NCBI GenBank assembly: GCA_965203055.1 | Contig: OZ241863.1 | Span: forward strand, 1,536,001-1,600,000 | DNA length: 64,000 bases | Direction of reading: 5' to 3' | Source: Spirochaetia bacterium | GTDB taxonomy: Bacteria > Spirochaetota > Spirochaetia > SZUA-6 > Bin103 | Shown: piece after piece, positions 58,877 through 64,000 of the stretch | How positions within the stretch are numbered: position 1 is the first letter of the stretch | Layout: each line of letters starts with the position of its first letter | Notes under the pieces: generated by a model | What the model was told of the DNA's origin: nothing | What the model saw: the letters and a program-made list of their open reading frames with translations, nothing else | Database searches by the model: none | Position numbers and translations under genes: made by a program

Positions 58877-61702
58877 ATGACAGAGATACTTTCCGGTAGG
58901 ATCAGTGAGCTGATAAATGAAGAGAAATGGACCAGGGCGGATCTTTCCGGGTATTCGATCTCGAGTTTCCATACGTTCGACGAGCTGTTGAGAGAGACCC
59001 TCGCGGATGAAACTCAGGATGAGGTTCAGGAGCTCTGCGAGGAACACCTGCAGAGTTCCCGAGACAGTGTGATCGGTCTGTACCTGTCCGGTATCATTGC
59101 TCTCAAGAAGCGAATCGTTGACGACTCCAATCTGGTGGTACTGACCAACATGTTCGTCGACAGCGAAAAATGGAATATCGTAGAGTATCTTTGTGAACGG
59201 ATTCTGGAATATGGCGAGAACAAGTTTGCATTGCGCACGTTGGCCGATACGTACGCCAAGAAGAATGATAACGAGCGCCAATATGAAATCCTGGAACGGC
59301 TCATCAAAGTGGACTATGAGGAAGCTGATACGGTGCGCCATCTGGCCGACAAGAGGGAACAGGAAGGAGACCTCGATGGCGCCCTTACCTACTACAAGAA
59401 GGCGCTCCATCGTTACATCAACCGCCGGCAGTTCTCCCAGATCAAGCAAACGTGGGAGAAGATCATCGAATTCCAATCCGAAGACCTGGAAGGCTTATTG
59501 CAGATCGAGAGCAAGGTGGTGAGGAATCTGGGCGGTGACCGCGCCATCACCCTGCTGGAGATGCTCTATCCCTATTACCGGGAGAAGGAAGATTGGGATG
59601 CGTCAGTTGACATATTGAAGCGCATCCTCAATCACGATCCGAAGAAGAGCGGCACGCGCTCCGAACTGGTGTCGGTATATGCCAGTCGTTACGCCGGACA
59701 CAGTCATCTTCAGGAATATATCAAGGTTTCCAACCTGAACCAGGCGTGGCGCAACGTACATGAAGCAATCACCGATTTCGAAAAGCACATCAGCTTCGAT
59801 GAAGGCAACTACGTGTACCACAGAACGTGGGGATTGGGGCGTATCAAGGAAATCAGGGACGATCGCTTCACCATCGATTTTCTGAAGAAGCGCGGACACC
59901 GGATGTCGTTGAAGATGGCGGTAAGCGCGCTCAATATACTTTCCAGTGAACATATCTGGGTGCTGCGCGCGACGGTGCCGCGGGAGCGCCTCAAGGTGCG
60001 CGTCAAGGACGATCCGAGGTGGGCGCTGCGGGCCGTCATCAAGAGCTTTGGCAACGCCGCGGACATGAAGCGGGTCAAGACGGAGCTGGTGCCGCGGATC
60101 CTGAGTCCCGCCGAATGGACCAAATGGAGTACCGAGGCCCGCAACATACTGAAGACCGATTCCTCATTCGACGCGGTCGCCGGCAAGCTCAATCACTACT
60201 CGGTGCGGGAGCGGCCGCTGCCCTTCGACGAGAAGATCTACAATAAGTTCCGTACTGACAAGAACTTCTTCAGCCGGGTCAAGACCCTGCACGAGTTTCT
60301 CAACCACACCGAAGGCGAAGCGGCCAAAGCCAGGGCCAAGCTGCAGCAGGACGTGGAGCAAGGCAAGATCGATGATGAACGCGCCGCGGAAGAGCGCAAG
60401 ACCATCGACGAGGAACTGGAGCGGACTCTCAGGTCCGAGTACTTCGGCGAGATGTTCGAATACTTCGCCGGGTTCCTGAAGGCGCCCTCGGGGCAGCTCG
60501 ATAACAACATCGCCAGTTTCTTGATCGTCGACAAGCTGATCGCCGAGCACCCCCATCTCAATCCTGACATCCGCGTTCACTTTCGCGATTTGTTCATGGA
60601 GATCAATGATCTCGAAGAGGTGTTCAAGGCGCTCGACGACGGCGGTGTCGCCAAGGAGTTTCTCGCTCACGTCCGAAGTGACGTCGAGATCTGGCCGCAC
60701 GTCTATGCGAGCATCTTCCTGTTCTACCCCACCCGCCAGATCATCGACGATATCAAGAAAGCCGGCCACCTCGAAGTCGTAGCCGGCCTTGTCACCGACA
60801 TCGTCGACGACTATCGCGAACACCGTCTTCCGTTCGTCTGGCTGGTGCGCAACGAAGGCGATTCGGACTGGTTTCAGAAGCAGGGCATCAAGCGCGAGAA
60901 GGTAATGATCGGCATGATCCATCTCCTGGATCTGACCTATCGCGATATCGGCAATCGTCGGGAGGTTCCTGCGAACCGCAGGTTGAACCGCCAAATTTCC
61001 GATTACCTCTTCAAGGAAGGTAAGCTCAGCGACTACATTGGTTCGGCAGGTGAGGAATCGATCACCCGCATCTACACTCTGGTGGAGGACGTCAAGGAGC
61101 TCGATCCGTCAGTCAAGATACGGGTTCGCCAGCGTATCAAGGACACGGTCCCGGAATACAAGTTCGACGACGAAGCGGCAAAAGATACCGTGCGGATGGG
61201 TCTTCTGGTCACCCGCTTTGGTTACGAAGGCAGGCAGCGTGAGTTACGCCAGATTCTGGAGGTTGAAATACCGGAAAACTCGAAGGAGATAGGAGTTGCT
61301 CTGCAGAAGGGAGACCTGCGCGAGAATGCCGAATACAAGGCCGCACTGGAGAAGCAGGAACACCTCAAGAACGCCGTGTCCCGGCTGCAGGAGGATCTGC
61401 AGAACGCGCAAATCTTCGACCTCGCTGAAATTGACGATTCAGTGATCTCGTTCGGCACCGAGGTGCAGCTTACCAATCTCGACAGCCACGCTACCGAGCG
61501 TTACGTCATCCTCGGCCCGTGGGAGTCTGACCCGGACCACAACATAATCTCATATCTGTCTCCTCTCGGCGCCGCACTGTGGCAGCATCGCGCCGCCGAG
61601 GAGCTGCAGTTCACCATCAATGAGAAAGATTTTCATTATCGTATCGAGCGTATCGACCGGGTGAGCGGCAACAGCTTGCGGCGGCGCGGGGATAGCGGCT
61701 AG
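58877..61702 (+). CDS. greA: Transcription elongation factor GreA, long spirochaete-type
   Basis: C-terminal GDLRENAEYKAA..ILGPWESDP..ISYLSPLG; ~780-aa N-terminal extension. Confidence 0.93.
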   Translation: MTEILSGRISELINEEKWTRADLSGYSISSFHTFDELLRETLADETQDEVQELCEEHLQSSRDSVIGLYLSGIIALKKRIVDDSNLVVLTNMFVDSEKWNIVEYLCERILEYGENKFALRTLADTYAKKNDNERQYEILERLIKVDYEEADTVRHLADKREQEGDLDGALTYYKKALHRYINRRQFSQIKQTWEKIIEFQSEDLEGLLQIESKVVRNLGGDRAITLLEMLYPYYREKEDWDASVDILKRILNHDPKKSGTRSELVSVYASRYAGHSHLQEYIKVSNLNQAWRNVHEAITDFEKHISFDEGNYVYHRTWGLGRIKEIRDDRFTIDFLKKRGHRMSLKMAVSALNILSSEHIWVLRATVPRERLKVRVKDDPRWALRAVIKSFGNAADMKRVKTELVPRILSPAEWTKWSTEARNILKTDSSFDAVAGKLNHYSVRERPLPFDEKIYNKFRTDKNFFSRVKTLHEFLNHTEGEAAKARAKLQQDVEQGKIDDERAAEERKTIDEELERTLRSEYFGEMFEYFAGFLKAPSGQLDNNIASFLIVDKLIAEHPHLNPDIRVHFRDLFMEINDLEEVFKALDDGGVAKEFLAHVRSDVEIWPHVYASIFLFYPTRQIIDDIKKAGHLEVVAGLVTDIVDDYREHRLPFVWLVRNEGDSDWFQKQGIKREKVMIGMIHLLDLTYRDIGNRREVPANRRLNRQISDYLFKEGKLSDYIGSAGEESITRIYTLVEDVKELDPSVKIRVRQRIKDTVPEYKFDDEAAKDTVRMGLLVTRFGYEGRQRELRQILEVEIPENSKEIGVALQKGDLRENAEYKAALEKQEHLKNAVSRLQEDLQNAQIFDLAEIDDSVISFGTEVQLTNLDSHATERYVILGPWESDPDHNIISYLSPLGAALWQHRAAEELQFTINEKDFHYRIERIDRVSGNSLRRRGDSG

Positions 61703-63246
61703 CGCTGCCACCAGGCCAGTTTCAGCAGCCGATAGAGAATCAACGTAACGCCGACCGCGCCGCCGCCCACGATGCTCAGCAATAACGCGTTGCGCCAGGT
61801 GCTTCCGGGCTGCCACCACTGGCGGGTGAAGTCCGCGGCAGCCCACAACAGCGCCGCCAACAGCGCGTTCGCCGCCAGCGCGCGCGTGGTGTGAGACAGC
61901 AGGCGGGCACTCTTCAGGGCCGGCATCCGGCGCAGTGCCATGACCAGCAGGGTCGCCGCGCCGGCGGAGAAGGCGATGGAATTGGCGACCGCCAGACCCG
62001 CCACCCGCAGCGAGGTCTCCTTCAACCACAACGCCAGCGGAATGTCTATCGCGGCGACCAGCAAGGCGGCCAGCAGCGGGCTGCGATAGTCGCGCGCAGC
62101 GAAGAAATAGCGCTGGGCGAAGTTGAACACGCCGACGCTGACCAGTCCGACGGCGTAGCCGGCCAGGACGCGCGCCGCCAGCGCCGTACCGGCCGGCGTG
62201 AAGGTCATGCGTTCGAGGGCGGCACGAATGACCGCTTCGCCGAAGAACAGGTAGAACAGGGCGGGCGGCAGCAACAGGTCGACGATCATCGTCAAGCCGC
62301 CGGCAAAGGTACGCGCCAGCGCCGCGCGGTCACCCGCGGCGGCGTAGCGGCTCATGCGCGGGAAGTGGGCGGTAACGACTGACACCGAGAAGATGCCGAA
62401 GGGAAGTTGCCAGAACACCACCGCGTTCGCCAGGGCCGAGGTGCTGCCATCCTCCAGGCCGGAGGCGAATACGATCGCTACCTGCTGGGCGATTACGAAC
62501 ACCGAGGCGGACGCCACTACGGGAACCCACTGCCGCGCGATGCGCCGCACCCGCGCGTCGCGCCATTGGAAGTCGGGCCGCAGGTCGTAACCGCGCCGCA
62601 GGAATGCCGGGAGCTGCCCCACTACCCCGCCGATCCCCCCGGCCAGGATTCCAACCCCCGCGGCCATCAGCCCCCACTGGCGGTGGAACAGCAAGATGGC
62701 GCCGATGACGTTGACCGAGAACAGCAACGGCGCCAGCGCCGGCACCACGAACACCTCGTGGCAGTTGAGGGCAGCCATCAATACCGCGCTGATGCTCACC
62801 AGCAGGAGATAGGGAAACACCAGCCGGAAGAATTTCACTGCCAGCTCCATCTTCCACGGCTCCGGGAACTCCAACCCCAGGCGTACCACCGGCTGCGCCA
62901 GCGCCACCGCGGCGACTACCAGGATCGTCACCGCCGCGACCAGCAAGGTCAGCAGGCGGCGTACGAGGGAGCGCGGGTCGGCCGGCCTGCCCGCCTCCTG
63001 CCGCGCCACCGCCTGCGCCAGTTCCGGAATCAGCGCCGATGACAGCGCGCCTTCAGCCAACAACTTGCGCAGGTTGTTGGGGATCATGAAGACCGCGTTG
63101 AGAACGTCCGCCACGCCGGTGGCGCCAAACACCGCGCCGATCACGGCCACGCGGACGAAGCCCAGCACGCGGGACAGGCCGGTGCAGATCACCAGCGCGA
63201 GGACTGCCCGGCGCGGACCGGCGCGGTTATCGCTTTGGGACGGCAT
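61699..63246 (-). CDS. murJ: Lipid II flippase MurJ
   Basis: SRVLGFVR, IPNNLRKLLAEGALS, QLPFGIF; multiple transmembrane segments. Confidence 0.95.
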   Translation of the reverse strand: MPSQSDNRAGPRRAVLALVICTGLSRVLGFVRVAVIGAVFGATGVADVLNAVFMIPNNLRKLLAEGALSSALIPELAQAVARQEAGRPADPRSLVRRLLTLLVAAVTILVVAAVALAQPVVRLGLEFPEPWKMELAVKFFRLVFPYLLLVSISAVLMAALNCHEVFVVPALAPLLFSVNVIGAILLFHRQWGLMAAGVGILAGGIGGVVGQLPAFLRRGYDLRPDFQWRDARVRRIARQWVPVVASASVFVIAQQVAIVFASGLEDGSTSALANAVVFWQLPFGIFSVSVVTAHFPRMSRYAAAGDRAALARTFAGGLTMIVDLLLPPALFYLFFGEAVIRAALERMTFTPAGTALAARVLAGYAVGLVSVGVFNFAQRYFFAARDYRSPLLAALLVAAIDIPLALWLKETSLRVAGLAVANSIAFSAGAATLLVMALRRMPALKSARLLSHTTRALAANALLAALLWAAADFTRQWWQPGSTWRNALLLSIVGGGAVGVTLILYRLLKLAWWQR

Positions 63247-64000
63247 CGAGATAGTCGCTCAGGAAGCGGCGGCGAAAGGCGGCGAACGTGCCGTTGCGGA
63301 TGGCGCCGCGGGCCTCTTCCAGCAGCCGCGCCATGAAGGCGAGGTTGTGAAAGGTGGTGAGTACCGGGGCCATGATCTCCCGCTGGTTGAACAGATGGCG
63401 CAGGTAGCCGCGGCTGAAGCGAGTACACACTTGGCAGGCGCAGGTGGGATCCACCGGGTCATCGCTGGCGGCGGCTTCCGCGCCGCGCAGCGACAACGGC
63501 CCGTATCGGGTAAGGGCCCGGGCATTGCGCGCCACCCGGGTCGGATACACGCAGTCGAACATGTCCGCGCCGGCCGCGACCGCCTCCACCGCGTAATCGG
63601 GGCTCCCCACTCCCATCACGTAGCGCGGGCGGTCCGCGGGCAGCAGTTCCAGCGAGAGGGCGAGGAACTCCAGAAAGCGGCTGCGGCTTTCGCCTACCGA
63701 CAGTCCGCCCACCGCATAGCCGGGCAGCTCCAGGCTGCGCAGTTGATCGGCGGAACGGACGCGCAGGTCGCGGTGGAAGTGGCCTTGGACGATGCCGAAC
63801 AACGCCCCTGCCCGAGCGCCGCCGGCAGCTCGTCGAGCGGCAACCCAGGCGCGCTTGCTCGCGGCCGCCCAACGGTAGGTCAACTCCGCGGCGCGCAGCG
63901 CCTCGCCGCGTTCGGCCGCGGCCGCGGTGCACACGTCCAGCGGCATCAGGACGTCGCTGCCCAGCGCCACCTGGCTGGCGACGACGCCCGTCGGGGTGAA
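63227..64000 (-). CDS. tgt: Queuine tRNA-ribosyltransferase (5' part outside the window)
   Basis: FGIVQG, GGLSVGE, PRYVMGVG, DMFDCVYPTR, CACQVC..YLRHL..HNL. Confidence 0.96.
   Translation of the reverse strand, partial: FTPTGVVASQVALGSDVLMPLDVCTAAAAERGEALRAAELTYRWAAASKRAWVAARRAAGGARAGALFGIVQGHFHRDLRVRSADQLRSLELPGYAVGGLSVGESRSRFLEFLALSLELLPADRPRYVMGVGSPDYAVEAVAAGADMFDCVYPTRVARNARALTRYGPLSLRGAEAAASDDPVDPTCACQVCTRFSRGYLRHLFNQREIMAPVLTTFHNLAFMARLLEEARGAIRNGTFAAFRRRFLSDYLDAVPKR

Noticed and set aside
57818..61702. Lower-GC greA region as a horizontally acquired island
   Set aside because: The genes are lineage-typical housekeeping genes; the composition is explained by Lys/Glu/Ile-rich proteins.

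Overview
This is a high-GC bacterial chromosome segment, most likely from a Spirochaetota lineage. The evidence is the ~940-aa spirochaete-type GreA with its upstream TPR partner and the surrounding housekeeping gene order. The multiple PhyH dioxygenases, Uma2, sterol desaturase-like and AAA genes resemble host-associated or sponge-symbiont genomes, but that is inference. The right third (~45.6-64 kb) is core genome: tsaD, rpsA, cmk, rluB, scpAB, recA, dtd, rpe, greA, murJ and tgt. The left two-thirds mix catabolic and transport genes (sugar ABC system, TPP-riboswitch-controlled thiamine ABC system, oxidoreductases, tRNA-Thr) with many defence or toxin-antitoxin (TA)-like genes. These include GmrSD-like DUF262-DUF1524, a nucleotidyltransferase, AlbA_2/Schlafen-HATPase-TPR, a type III-like R-M pair, a SNF2 helicase, VapC, an AAA ATPase and an orphan MNT. 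Most notable observations: (1) a SNF2 helicase fused in frame to the C-terminal half of a Phd-type antitoxin and coupled to a frameshifted VapC. (2) A lipoprotein with 8 phage-like beta-repeats whose signal peptide is put out of frame by a G16 tract, a candidate for phase variation. (3) A small uncharacterised toxin/immunity-like gene pair in front of the R-M system. (4) A circularly permuted, tandem sugar-binding protein. (5) A sulfatase-fold enzyme with Thr at the nucleophile position. (6) A recurring TANNNT-5..8 nt-start pattern suggesting widespread leaderless transcription. All calls come from reading the sequence by eye; no database searches were run.
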